From Pseudomonadota bacterium (GTDB lineage Bacteria; Pseudomonadota; Alphaproteobacteria; Paracaedibacterales; CAIOTO01), in NCBI GenBank assembly GCA_040387495.1, contig JAZKDQ010000011.1, positions 1-41,479 on the forward strand: DNA of 41,479 nt. Reading direction: 5' to 3'. Position numbers and translations under genes: made by a program. Positions 19,745-28,914 of this stretch are shown piece after piece (the first letter of the stretch is position 1; every line of letters starts with the position of its first letter). The notes beneath the pieces were generated by a model, which saw only the letters and a list, made by a program, of their open reading frames with translations, ran no database searches and was not told the DNA's origin.

Positions 19745-21052
19745 ATGAGAATGAAGCTAGGCGTTTTAAAAGAGACTTACCAACATGAAAAACGTGTTGG
19801 CTTAACCCCAGATGTTGCAAAGAAAATTTGCGAACTTGGTTTTGCTGTATCCATTGAAAAAGGAGCTGGTCTTGAAGCAGGCTACCTTGACGAGCTTTAT
19901 GAAAAAGCTGGGGCCCATATCGAAAAAGATAGGAAAAAAGTACTTTCTGATTCAGACTTCGTGATAACTGTTTCTCCACTCGAAATAGCAGACATTAATT
20001 CAAGCAAAAAGGGCGCTATTCTTCTTGGTGTTTTAAAACCATTTAAGCACGCTGAAATGTTAGCTCATTATAATACGCAAAAATTAACTACGTTTACACT
20101 TGAAATGATTCCACGAATTACACGTGCGCAGACTATGGACATCTTATCTTCACAGAGCAATCTGGCGGGTTATCGCGCCGTCCTTGAGGCAGCAACTGCC
20201 TTCGGTCGAGCACTGCCATTAATGATGACTGCTGCTGGAACAATACCTGCTGCACGTGTGCTGGTCCTCGGCGCTGGTGTTGCGGGCCTTCAAGCTATTG
20301 CAACTGCAAAGCGTTTAGGCGCAATTGTTTCAGCCTTTGATGTCCGAACAGCAGCAAAAGAGCAAGTTCAAAGTCTCGGTGCAACGTTTATTGAAGTAAA
20401 TGCATCTGAGATCGGCGATGGTGCAGGTGGTTATGCAAAGGAAATGAGTGATGAATATAAAGCCGCTCAAATGCAAAAGCTTGCTGCAGTTATCAAAACG
20501 CAAGACATTGTTATTACAACAGCATTAATTCCTGGAAAGACAGCCCCTGTATTAATTACGGCAGAAATGGTTAAGTCTATGCGTACAAACTCGGTCGTTG
20601 TTGATTTGGCATCTGAAAATGGTGGCAACTGTGCTTTAAGCGAACATGGAAAAACTGTTACAAAGCATGATGTCACAATCAGTGCGCCTGGAAATATATT
20701 GTCAGGAATTGCGGCTGACGCAAGCCAATTATATGCGCGAAATGTTTTCGCATTTATTAAAGGGATATCAAATTTTGCTGATGGAACGATGGAAGTTGAT
20801 TGGTCGGATGAAATTGTCACTTCTACTTTGTTGACAAAAGATGGTTCTACCGTACATCCGCTATTTAATAAAGTTAAGGAAAAGAAATCAGCAGATACGG
20901 TTGAAAAATCTGATGTAAAACCTAAAGCGGAATCAAAAGAAAAAGAGACAGAAGCAAAAGTAGTGCCAAAGCTAGCACCGAAAAAGCCAGCTTTAAAAAC
21001 TAGCGAAAAGCCAAAAACCATATCTTCAAAAGAAGAAGCAAGCAAAGCATAA
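19745..21052 (+). CDS. pntAa: NAD(P) transhydrogenase alpha subunit part 1, with Lys/Glu-rich C-terminal tail
   Basis: EKRV, PRITRAQTMDILSSQ, GAGVAGLQAIATA, GGYAKE, TTALIPG. Confidence 0.95.
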   Translation: MRMKLGVLKETYQHEKRVGLTPDVAKKICELGFAVSIEKGAGLEAGYLDELYEKAGAHIEKDRKKVLSDSDFVITVSPLEIADINSSKKGAILLGVLKPFKHAEMLAHYNTQKLTTFTLEMIPRITRAQTMDILSSQSNLAGYRAVLEAATAFGRALPLMMTAAGTIPAARVLVLGAGVAGLQAIATAKRLGAIVSAFDVRTAAKEQVQSLGATFIEVNASEIGDGAGGYAKEMSDEYKAAQMQKLAAVIKTQDIVITTALIPGKTAPVLITAEMVKSMRTNSVVVDLASENGGNCALSEHGKTVTKHDVTISAPGNILSGIAADASQLYARNVFAFIKGISNFADGTMEVDWSDEIVTSTLLTKDGSTVHPLFNKVKEKKSADTVEKSDVKPKAESKEKETEAKVVPKLAPKKPALKTSEKPKTISSKEEASKA

Positions 21053-21076
21053 CTTTAACTTAATAGGATTAAAAGC

Positions 21077-21484
21077 ATGGATTTACATGGTATCACCGAA
21101 CACGTGACACGTATTACACAAACTGCACGTGAACTTATGGATGAGGCTAATCAACTTGATAGCATCGCAAAAAAAATGATTGAAACAGGCGGTCATGCGG
21201 CACAAGATCCGTTTGTTATGGGACTTACCGTTTTTGTGCTGGCTTGTTTTGTGGGATACTACGTAGTGTGGAAAGTAACACCAGCACTTCATTCACCGCT
21301 GATGTCTGTTACAAACGCGATTTCGAGTGTTATTATTGTAGGGGCCCTGCTTGCAATGGGACCATCTTCGAGTGGTATATCTGCTTGTTTTGGTTTTTTT
21401 GCCGTAATTTTAGCTTCCATTAATATTTTTGGTGGTTTTGTTGTAACGCAACGCATGCTTAGCATGTTTTCAAAAAAGAAATAA
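21077..21484 (+). CDS. pntAb: NAD(P) transhydrogenase alpha subunit part 2
   Basis: [31 protein letters not shown]. Confidence 0.95.
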   Translation: MDLHGITEHVTRITQTARELMDEANQLDSIAKKMIETGGHAAQDPFVMGLTVFVLACFVGYYVVWKVTPALHSPLMSVTNAISSVIIVGALLAMGPSSSGISACFGFFAVILASINIFGGFVVTQRMLSMFSKKK

Positions 21485-21496
21485 AAGGTTTTAATT

Positions 21497-22906
21497 ATGT
21501 CAGCAAGTTTCTCTTCCTTTTTATATTTAGTTTCATCAGTCTGTTTTATTTTGGGGCTTAAAGGATTGTCATCAGCAGCGACTTCACGCTCCGGTAATTT
21601 ATATGCCATTTTTGGAATGACTATAGCCATTCTGACAACTCTTCTTTCACCAGCTGTGACGCATTTTCAATATATCTTGCTCGCAATTATGATCGGTGGA
21701 AGCATCGGTACGCTTCTTGCTAAGAAAATTGAAATGACAGCTTTGCCACAATTAGTTGCAGCATTTCACAGTTTAGTTGGTTTAGCGGCAGTTCTTGTTG
21801 CTGCAGCAGCATTTTATTCTCCGCAAGCATTTGGAATTGGAACTGTTCAACACATTAAAGCAGCGAGCCTTTTTGAGATGTCCTTAGGCGTTATTATTGG
21901 TGCCATTACATTTACAGGGTCAATTGTTGCCTTTGGTAAACTACAAGGATTCATAACCGGTAAACCTTTGCAATTTGCTCGCCAACATGCATTAAATGCT
22001 ACGCTTGGTGCGGCACTTATCGTTTTGATGATTGTATTTATGATAACTCAATCTACTCTTATTTTTTGGACATTGATTTTCGTCGCACTTGTTTTAGGGT
22101 TTTTACTTATTCTTCCTATCGGCGGGGCAGATATGCCTGTGGTAGTCTCAATGCTTAATTCGTATTCTGGTTGGGCTGCAGCTGGTATTGGTTTTACATT
22201 AAACAATCACGTTCTGATTATTGTTGGTGCGCTTGTCGGTGCTTCTGGTGCAATTTTGAGCTATATCATGTGTAAAGGAATGAATAGATCAATTATTAAT
22301 GTGATTTTAGGCGGATTTGGTGGGGACACTGCTACAAATACGAACATGTCAAAGAGCTCTGCATCAGATAAGCCTATTAAAGCAAGCAGCGCTGAAGATG
22401 CTGCATATATGATGAAAAATGCACAAAGTATTATTATAGTCCCAGGTTATGGTATGGCAGTTGCGCAAGCGCAGCACGCACTACGTGAAATGGCAGATAC
22501 ACTTAAGAAATCAGGTGCACGTGTACGTTATGCTATTCATCCAGTGGCAGGTCGAATGCCAGGACATATGAATGTATTGTTGGCTGAGGCTAATGTTGAT
22601 TATGATGATGTTCTTGAATTAGAGGAAATTAATACTGATTTCAGTTCAACGGATGTTGCATTTGTTATTGGTGCAAATGACATTACTAACCCTGCTGCAA
22701 AAACAGATAAAACTTCACCTATCTATGGTATGCCAATCCTTGATGTTGAAAATGCACGTACTGTGTTCTTTGTCAAACGTAGCTTGGCATCAGGTTACGC
22801 AGGTGTCGATAACGAGTTATTTTATAGTGATAATACAATGATGGTTCTTGGTGATGCTAAAAAAGTTTGTGATGATATAATTAAGGCGCTAAAGGAATTG
22901 GCATGA
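21497..22906 (+). CDS. pntB: NAD(P) transhydrogenase beta subunit
   Basis: [52 protein letters not shown]. Confidence 0.97.
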   Translation: MSASFSSFLYLVSSVCFILGLKGLSSAATSRSGNLYAIFGMTIAILTTLLSPAVTHFQYILLAIMIGGSIGTLLAKKIEMTALPQLVAAFHSLVGLAAVLVAAAAFYSPQAFGIGTVQHIKAASLFEMSLGVIIGAITFTGSIVAFGKLQGFITGKPLQFARQHALNATLGAALIVLMIVFMITQSTLIFWTLIFVALVLGFLLILPIGGADMPVVVSMLNSYSGWAAAGIGFTLNNHVLIIVGALVGASGAILSYIMCKGMNRSIINVILGGFGGDTATNTNMSKSSASDKPIKASSAEDAAYMMKNAQSIIIVPGYGMAVAQAQHALREMADTLKKSGARVRYAIHPVAGRMPGHMNVLLAEANVDYDDVLELEEINTDFSSTDVAFVIGANDITNPAAKTDKTSPIYGMPILDVENARTVFFVKRSLASGYAGVDNELFYSDNTMMVLGDAKKVCDDIIKALKELA

Positions 22907-23532
22907 GGTCGGGATTAAACTATAGACTTGCAGCTTTTTCCCTAATAGAGCTATCCGTTGTATTAGTAATTGTTGGCGTCCTTATGGGCGCCATTTTTAA
23001 AGGCCAAGATTTACTTGATGTCGCAAAAGTGCGCTCAGTGGTTCATGATTTTCAACATATAAAGATTGCCATTCATAACTATCAAGATACATACGGTGCA
23101 CTGCCAGGAGATGATCCTCAAGCAGATACACGCTTTGGTAGCGGAGTCGTGAAAGGCAATGGAAATGGTTTTGTTGAATCAGCTGAGAGTGCCCATGTAT
23201 GGGAGCATCTAAACAAAGCGGGGGACTGGGAATCAGCGACACCACCAACATCAAAATTTGGTGGGAATTATGATATTATTTCCGCACCAGATGCGACTAT
23301 GCCGGGTAATTGGATTCGTCTTTCGAAAGATAGTGGTCAAGCCTTATTAACACCTAAGCAAGTGCAAAAATTAATGTCTAAGATTGATGAAGGTCAAGCC
23401 GCAAGCGACTCTGCACACGGTCTTCTCCGTGCAAAAGAAGGACAGGGGGCTGCGCCCGGCCAATGTACAAACGGAGGAAATCTTAATCTTGAGGTGAAGG
23501 ACCCAGCCTGTGTTGTGTATATGAAACTATAA
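22903..23532 (+). CDS. Prepilin-type N-terminal cleavage/methylation domain protein (pilin/pseudopilin)
   Basis: [17 protein letters not shown] with Glu5, then YGALPGD and a C-terminal Cys pair; ATGA overlap with the pntB stop. Confidence 0.85.
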   Translation: MRSGLNYRLAAFSLIELSVVLVIVGVLMGAIFKGQDLLDVAKVRSVVHDFQHIKIAIHNYQDTYGALPGDDPQADTRFGSGVVKGNGNGFVESAESAHVWEHLNKAGDWESATPPTSKFGGNYDIISAPDATMPGNWIRLSKDSGQALLTPKQVQKLMSKIDEGQAASDSAHGLLRAKEGQGAAPGQCTNGGNLNLEVKDPACVVYMKL

Positions 23533-23623
23533 GCCAATTGATTGATTGAAAAATCAACATCATTGTAGATAATAAAGCAAGAATAGTTTCTTGTTAATTA
23601 AAAATTGATTTTATAATATTTTT

Positions 23624-23638
23624 TTAACTATTTGTTAA
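23624..23638. promoter_or_regulatory. CtrA-type box
   Basis: TTAA-CTATTTG-TTAA, about 55 nt upstream of ATG 23693. Confidence 0.55.
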
Positions 23639-23692
23639 TATGCCTATGTGTATACTGTATTCAGTAAAGATATAACAGATAGGTTTTGTACT

Positions 23693-24312
23693 ATGAAATT
23701 ATCAATTAAAACAGCAGCTCTTCTTGCGGTTTCTTTTGCAGCTTTTTCGCCAACAAATGCTGATGCTATGAGCATGCTAGGTAGCATGTTGGGTGGTGCT
23801 TCCATGATGGGTGGCGGCATGGGTATGGGTGGTTATCCACAAGGTATGCCAGGACAGCAAGGTATGGGTGGTTATCCGCAAGGTATGCCAGGACAGCAAG
23901 GTATGGGTGGTTATCCACAAGGTATGCCAGGACNNNNNNNNNNNNNNNNNNNNNNNNNNNNNNNNNNNNNNNNNNNNNNNNNNNNNNNNNNNNNNNNNNN
24001 NNNNNNNNNNNNNNNNNNNNNNNNNNNNNNNNNCAAGGTATGCCAGGACAGCAAGGTATGGGTGGTTATCCACAAGGTATGCCAGGACAGCAAGGTATGG
24101 GTATGGGAATGAATAGCATGGGCGGCGGCGGTTATGGCGCTTATCCTGCTCAACCTCAGGCAGGAGGATATGCTGGTCAACCAAACAGTCAGAATCCTTA
24201 CGGTCAACCTCAAGGCGGTTATGGGCAACCTCAAGGCGGTTACGGTCAACAACCACAGGGTATGGGACAACAACCACAAGGTTATGGGCAACAACCACAA
24301 GGTTTCCATTGA
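23693..24312 (+). CDS. Secreted Gly/Gln/Pro/Met/Tyr-rich repeat protein; spans the gap 23934-24033
   Basis: Signal peptide [38 protein letters not shown] repeats on both sides of the gap; ends QQPQGFH*. Confidence 0.85.
23822..24102 (+). repeat. 39-bp coding tandem repeat interrupted by the N gap
   Basis: GGTATGGGTGGTTATCCACAAGGTATGCCAGGACAGCAA; full copies at 23822, 23861 (one substitution) and 24055, partial copies flanking the gap. Confidence 0.92.
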
Positions 24313-24339
24313 TAACTGAAAAATTATTTTAATTAATTT

Positions 24340-24386
24340 CGCTGTGTTTTAGTGGCTGAACTTCAGTCACTGCACGGCGTTTTTTT
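24340..24386 (+). terminator. Rho-independent terminator between convergent genes
   Basis: CGCTGTG..AGTGGCTGAA-C-TTCAGTCACT..CACGGCG followed by a T run. Confidence 0.7.
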
Positions 24387-25356
24387 ATTCAGATGTTGCA
24401 GCGCGGCTTAACCGATCATTAATTGCAGCACCAATGTCATTATTTGGAATGTGCGCAACAGAAATTCCTTTGTGCATAGCATTGTCAAGCTGCCTCATCA
24501 TTCTGAATAAATTAGCTGCAGCTTCAATTAAATTACCTGTTTCACTTAAATTTAGCATTTCCTTTTGATTCACAGCGGTTTTACCAAAAGCAAGAAATGC
24601 TTCTCCTGGATATGGAGTGCTTGCATTTAAACGAAGTGGTATGGATGGCGCATAATGACGTTTCATCAAGCCTGGGGCTTTTAGGCTATGTCCTGTTTCA
24701 GTCTGCGACTTATTATTTTCATAGCGCAAGATGGGGGATCGAATTAGTTTTTCAATTGATTCAATGGTCGTTCCGCCAGGTCTAAGCAAGACAGGCTCGT
24801 CACCTGTCAGATCTAAAATAGTTGATTCCAAGCCAACTGCACAAACACCCCCGTCAATAATCAAGTGAATTCTATCCCCTAAATCACTTTCGACAGCTTC
24901 GGCAGATGTAGGACTAATATGATTCGATTTATTAGCGCTGGGCGCAGCGAGTGGTTTTCCAAATTCTTTAATTAGGTCAAGCGCAACTGGATGTAATGGC
25001 ATACGTATCGCAACTGTGTCCAAACCAGCAGTGACTAAATGCGACAATGAATCATTATTTCGTTTAACAACAAGTGTCAATGAGCTAGGTTCTGTCCCCC
25101 AGAAAACACTTGCAAGCTTTTCTGCAAGATGGGTAAAAACACCCCATTGACGTGCCATTTCAATTGAGTTTACATGAATAATAAGCGGGTTAAATGAGGG
25201 CCTGTCTTTTGTCTGATAAATACGCGCAACAGCTTTATCATTTGTTGCATCCGCTGCTAAACCATAGACTGATTCTGTTGGCATACCAACGACTTGACCA
25301 TCAGCCAATAGGGAGAGCGCTTTTGTAAGAGTGCTCGTATTATAGTGTTCAATCAT
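24385..25356 (-). CDS. sua5: Threonylcarbamoyl-AMP synthase (Sua5 form)
   Basis: PTESVYGL, KDRPSFNPLIIH, AAPSAN, GLESTI, APGLMKRHYAP. Confidence 0.95.
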   Translation of the reverse strand: MIEHYNTSTLTKALSLLADGQVVGMPTESVYGLAADATNDKAVARIYQTKDRPSFNPLIIHVNSIEMARQWGVFTHLAEKLASVFWGTEPSSLTLVVKRNNDSLSHLVTAGLDTVAIRMPLHPVALDLIKEFGKPLAAPSANKSNHISPTSAEAVESDLGDRIHLIIDGGVCAVGLESTILDLTGDEPVLLRPGGTTIESIEKLIRSPILRYENNKSQTETGHSLKAPGLMKRHYAPSIPLRLNASTPYPGEAFLAFGKTAVNQKEMLNLSETGNLIEAAANLFRMMRQLDNAMHKGISVAHIPNNDIGAAINDRLSRAATSE

Positions 25357-25516
25357 TTTATAACTCTAACTATTAATTTTTCTAACGTTCTACTAAATGA
25401 TAAGAGGATTTTTGCTGACATTAACACATCATTTTATTTATTAACACCATTTATCTTGCTGTATTATGCCACAGTTTTGTATAGTGTTTACGTATAACAT
25501 GAAATGATGAAAATTA

Positions 25517-25918
25517 ATGAAAACGACTGAGATAGTAGACCTTGTAAAAACCTTGCTTGATGATAAAAAAGCGGAGCATGTGACAATTATAGATTTAAAC
25601 GGGCAGGGCGCCATCGTTGACTATATGATAATTGCTTCTGGAACATCCAATCGTCATGTAAATGCTCTTGCAGGTTTCGTTGCGAGTGAATTTAAACTGC
25701 GTGGAATTAGGACAGAAACTGAAGGTACGCCATTGTGTGACTGGGTATTGTTGGATATTGGTGATGTGTTAGTACATCTGTTCCGTCCAGACGTACGAGA
25801 GTTTTATAATCTTGAAAAAATGTGGGGAAATAAGTCGCCACGCCCATCTTCAGCTAATCCAAGCGATTTGGCTGCATTGTCAGCATCACATGCCGTGGCA
25901 TCAGCAACTGAACAGTAA
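25517..25918 (+). CDS. rsfS: Ribosome silencing factor
   Basis: DDKKAE, IASGTSNRHV, WVLLDIGDVLVHLF, REFYNLEKMW. Confidence 0.95.
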   Translation: MKTTEIVDLVKTLLDDKKAEHVTIIDLNGQGAIVDYMIIASGTSNRHVNALAGFVASEFKLRGIRTETEGTPLCDWVLLDIGDVLVHLFRPDVREFYNLEKMWGNKSPRPSSANPSDLAALSASHAVASATEQ

Positions 25919-25921
25919 TCC

Positions 25922-26359
25922 ATGAAATATTTGCTTATAGCCGTTGCAGATATGCGCAGCGGTGTTGAGAAAGACCTGTTTGAGCAGTATCAAAAACGTT
26001 TAACGCGTTCTTTAGCTGTTGTTGAATTAAAACAACGTAATTGTCCGAACAGTGAAGCTGTTGAAATTTTAAAGCATATCACACAGGATGACTGGGTGTG
26101 TGCTCTTGATGAACGTGGAGACTCCATTACATCGCGTCAATTGGCTCAACGAATAAGTGATGCAGAGCAAACGTTTAAACGAGTTGTTTTTGTCATTGGC
26201 GGGGCAGATGGATTAGCTGATGATATTCGTAGCCGTGCAAATTTTTGTTTGAGCTTTGGTAAACTAACATGGCCGCATTTATTGGTAAGAGGGCTGCTTG
26301 CAGAGCAGTTGTATCGTTGTCAGCAAATAGGGATTAATCATCCTTATCATCGGGATTAA
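25922..26359 (+). CDS. rlmH: 23S rRNA m3Psi1915 methyltransferase
   Basis: LDERG, FVIGGADG, LSFGKLTWPH, EQLYR, HPYHR. Confidence 0.95.
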   Translation: MKYLLIAVADMRSGVEKDLFEQYQKRLTRSLAVVELKQRNCPNSEAVEILKHITQDDWVCALDERGDSITSRQLAQRISDAEQTFKRVVFVIGGADGLADDIRSRANFCLSFGKLTWPHLLVRGLLAEQLYRCQQIGINHPYHRD

Positions 26360-26375
26360 CGCTTGGTAATAACGT

Positions 26376-26879
26376 CTACACTCTCATGCGTCTAACGTGT
26401 ACGTAAAAGGCCCCATCTCCTCCATCTTTGGGTTGCGCTTTATTAAAACTCACCACAAATTCTGGATGTCGATTAAACCAAAACGGCGCTAATTCATTAA
26501 GCACACCACCTTTGCCCGTGATAACCAAAACAAAATGTAAGTTGGACGTTTGCGCCCAATTAAAAAAACGATGCAAGGCGGACTCTGCCTCAGCGCGCGT
26601 GTATCCATGCAAATCGATACGACCTTCAATGTTTTTCTTTTTGACTTCTTTCGTGGTTAAACGTTGAACCTGTTGATGGACCCATCTTTCAGATGTCTCA
26701 CCTTTCCATACACGCGTTTGAAGTGTTACTTTAACTGCTTGTTTTTGCAGAGTAATTTCACCATTAGAATCACGTTCTGGCATTTCAGGAATGATTTTAT
26801 CATTTTTCTTTTTAAGTGGCTTTACGTTTTTTGCGAATAAGTCCCAGATACTGTTCTTTGTTCGGTCATCATCTGTCAT
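26376..26879 (-). CDS. Smr/MutS2 domain protein
   Basis: IDLHG, LVITGKG, DGGDGAFYV. Confidence 0.92.
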   Translation of the reverse strand: MTDDDRTKNSIWDLFAKNVKPLKKKNDKIIPEMPERDSNGEITLQKQAVKVTLQTRVWKGETSERWVHQQVQRLTTKEVKKKNIEGRIDLHGYTRAEAESALHRFFNWAQTSNLHFVLVITGKGGVLNELAPFWFNRHPEFVVSFNKAQPKDGGDGAFYVHVRRMRV

Positions 26880-26884
26880 CTTGC

Positions 26885-27979
26885 TTAGCTTTTCGGTAAA
26901 AAGATGTACAAGTGGCCTTTACTATTCATTTTACCTGCAAAATGTGTTGCTTCTTCACCAAAGCCCCAGAAATAGTCAGCACGAAGTCCACCTTTGATGG
27001 CACCACCTGTGTCTTGTGCTATTGTTAAGTGTTGCAAACGTTTCTTACCATGAATTGGATGTTCAATATCAAGCCAAAGCGGGGTGCCTAAGCCAATATA
27101 AGAAGGATCCACAGCTATGCTTCTTCTTGGTGTAAGCTCGACACCTTGCGATCCAACGGGCCCATCACCATTAGTTAACTCTTGGAAGAATACATATGAT
27201 TCATTTGTTGACATAATTTCTTCTGCTTGCTTTGGGTGTGCTTTTAACCACTTTCGAATGGATTGCATGGTAACGCCACCACGCGGTAATTCACCACGTT
27301 CTAAAAGAGTTTTTCCAATCGGATGGTAGGCATGCTTATTTGTACCTGCATACCCTATACGAAGCATTTTACCATTATCGAGCATTACACGGCCAGAACC
27401 TTGTATCTGTAAGAAAAATGCGTCAACAGGGTCATCAACCCAAACAAGTTCAAGTTTCTTACTTTTTAGTGCTCCGCGGACAATATCTGCACGTGAAAAT
27501 TTTACATTTACTGACTTGTTACTTGGATAACGATAGAGAGGTGTTTTATAGCGCCCATGACGACGCTTTGAACCATGTAAAAGCGGTTCATAGTAGCCTG
27601 TAAATTGTCCCTCTAAATTGCCATCTAAGGATACTTTGTAGGGAGTCAAATGTTTTTGAAGCAAAGCTTTCCAATGTGTCGGCTGACGTGAATGCTCGGC
27701 GGTAACAGCTGTGCAAAATGAATGCCAATCTTTTAATTTGCCAGAAAGGCTTGAGTTTTGAGGAACTGGGTATTTTTTGTTGCCTTGCTTTAACATGGTC
27801 GCACACGATCTTTTTAGTGCTGGCACAGCATCTATAATTGTGTCGTGTTCAAAGAAGGGGAGCTCTTTCTGAGAAACAGGCTGGTAAGATAAATCGCTTG
27901 TACGCCGCGTTTCGCAGGCACACATAAATAAAGCAATTGAAGCAATAGCTAGGAAACGCAAAGATAAGAAATTAGGCAT
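26885..27979 (-). CDS. mltA: Membrane-bound lytic murein transglycosylase A (lipoprotein)
   Basis: Lipobox-like LFMCAC, FTGYYEP, QIQGSG, SIAVDP, QDTGGAIKG, DYFWG. Start at ATG 27979 overlapping the tim44 stop. Confidence 0.94.
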   Translation of the reverse strand: MPNFLSLRFLAIASIALFMCACETRRTSDLSYQPVSQKELPFFEHDTIIDAVPALKRSCATMLKQGNKKYPVPQNSSLSGKLKDWHSFCTAVTAEHSRQPTHWKALLQKHLTPYKVSLDGNLEGQFTGYYEPLLHGSKRRHGRYKTPLYRYPSNKSVNVKFSRADIVRGALKSKKLELVWVDDPVDAFFLQIQGSGRVMLDNGKMLRIGYAGTNKHAYHPIGKTLLERGELPRGGVTMQSIRKWLKAHPKQAEEIMSTNESYVFFQELTNGDGPVGSQGVELTPRRSIAVDPSYIGLGTPLWLDIEHPIHGKKRLQHLTIAQDTGGAIKGGLRADYFWGFGEEATHFAGKMNSKGHLYIFLPKS

Positions 27980-28631
27980 GCTTTGATTCAGTTTTAACCA
28001 ATAACCAGATATTTGATGTTGATGAAAATGTTCTTTTAAATGTCCACACATCAACAACATTCGTTTTAAGACGTGCTGGGTTGTCAAAACTTGCGCCATC
28101 TGCATTAACAGTGGCAAGCATTTGTTCACTTTTAAATTGAACGGTAATCGACGCACTTGTTTTTGTTAGTTTCGCATCAACAATTTCTGCTTCAACAAAA
28201 TCAATTTGCGCTTCCATTTGTTGGTCATTTTGCTGGCGTGTATCTATTGCATCAGCAAACTTTGAATAAACTTCTTTACTGAGTAATTTTTTTAATTGTG
28301 TATGATCAGCATTTGCATAGGCCATAACAATCGTTTCAAACGCACGACTACAGCCACGCAAGAACGTTTCTTCGTTGAATGTAGAGTCATTTTCTTTTAT
28401 TTGTGTCAGTACTGAATCAAAAGATCGTGTGGGTTCTGTGACAACTTCCGATGGACGCGTCTTGCGATTGGGCAAAACAATCACATTATCACTCTCGATA
28501 ATTTGGCTTGTTTCAACTTTTGCTGCTGTTGGCCAGTCACGCGTTTTTTCTTCACCTGTTCTTGTTCCAAGCACAGTCCACAGCCGATAAAAAACAAAAG
28601 CACTTAATGCTGCCAGTAAAATTATTTCCAT
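27972..28631 (-). CDS. Tim44/TimA-family protein
   Basis: N-terminal TM helix, VLGTRTGEE, FLRGCSRAFETI, DVWTFKR...WLL; usual tim44-mltA-smr order. Confidence 0.9.
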   Translation of the reverse strand: MEIILLAALSAFVFYRLWTVLGTRTGEEKTRDWPTAAKVETSQIIESDNVIVLPNRKTRPSEVVTEPTRSFDSVLTQIKENDSTFNEETFLRGCSRAFETIVMAYANADHTQLKKLLSKEVYSKFADAIDTRQQNDQQMEAQIDFVEAEIVDAKLTKTSASITVQFKSEQMLATVNADGASFDNPARLKTNVVDVWTFKRTFSSTSNIWLLVKTESKHA

Positions 28632-28682
28632 TAGACTATCTTAATCTCTTTCTGAGAAGGTTTGGTCCATGTAATCATAACC

Positions 28683-28697
28683 TTAAACTCAAATTAA
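28683..28697. promoter_or_regulatory. CtrA-type box upstream of tim44-mltA-smr
   Basis: TTAA-ACTCAAA-TTAA. Confidence 0.45.
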
Positions 28698-28914
28698 TGA
28701 AATAGCAGAGACATTAATTTTCCTTCTTAATTATAGTTTATAGCATAAAAGATAAAAAAAGGCTTAACCACATCTATATTTTTTTGTTTTGTAAAAATGT
28801 TGTGTGAAAAAATAATATGTTCTAACATCCCAAAAATATTTAAAATTAAATAGATTTTTTCCCTGAAAGAATCTAATGCAGACAGAATATTGCTAAAGCA
28901 AGGCAGTAGGTAAA

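Noticed and set aside
20467..21045. 192-aa antisense ORF and other short ORFs overlapping conserved genes
   Set aside because: Shadow frames with no recognisable motifs.
6527..24033. Frame changes across the two N runs as biological frameshifts
   Set aside because: Both gaps are exactly 100 N placeholders, so the frame offset is artefactual.
23822..24102. 39-bp repeat as a CRISPR array
   Set aside because: Head-to-tail copies without spacers, in frame within a CDS, and no cas genes in the window.
4391..28156. Long N-terminal extensions in the ORF track for miaA, glnA, the 23648 ORF and mltA
   Set aside because: Downstream ATGs fit domain boundaries or signal peptides and avoid deep overlaps.
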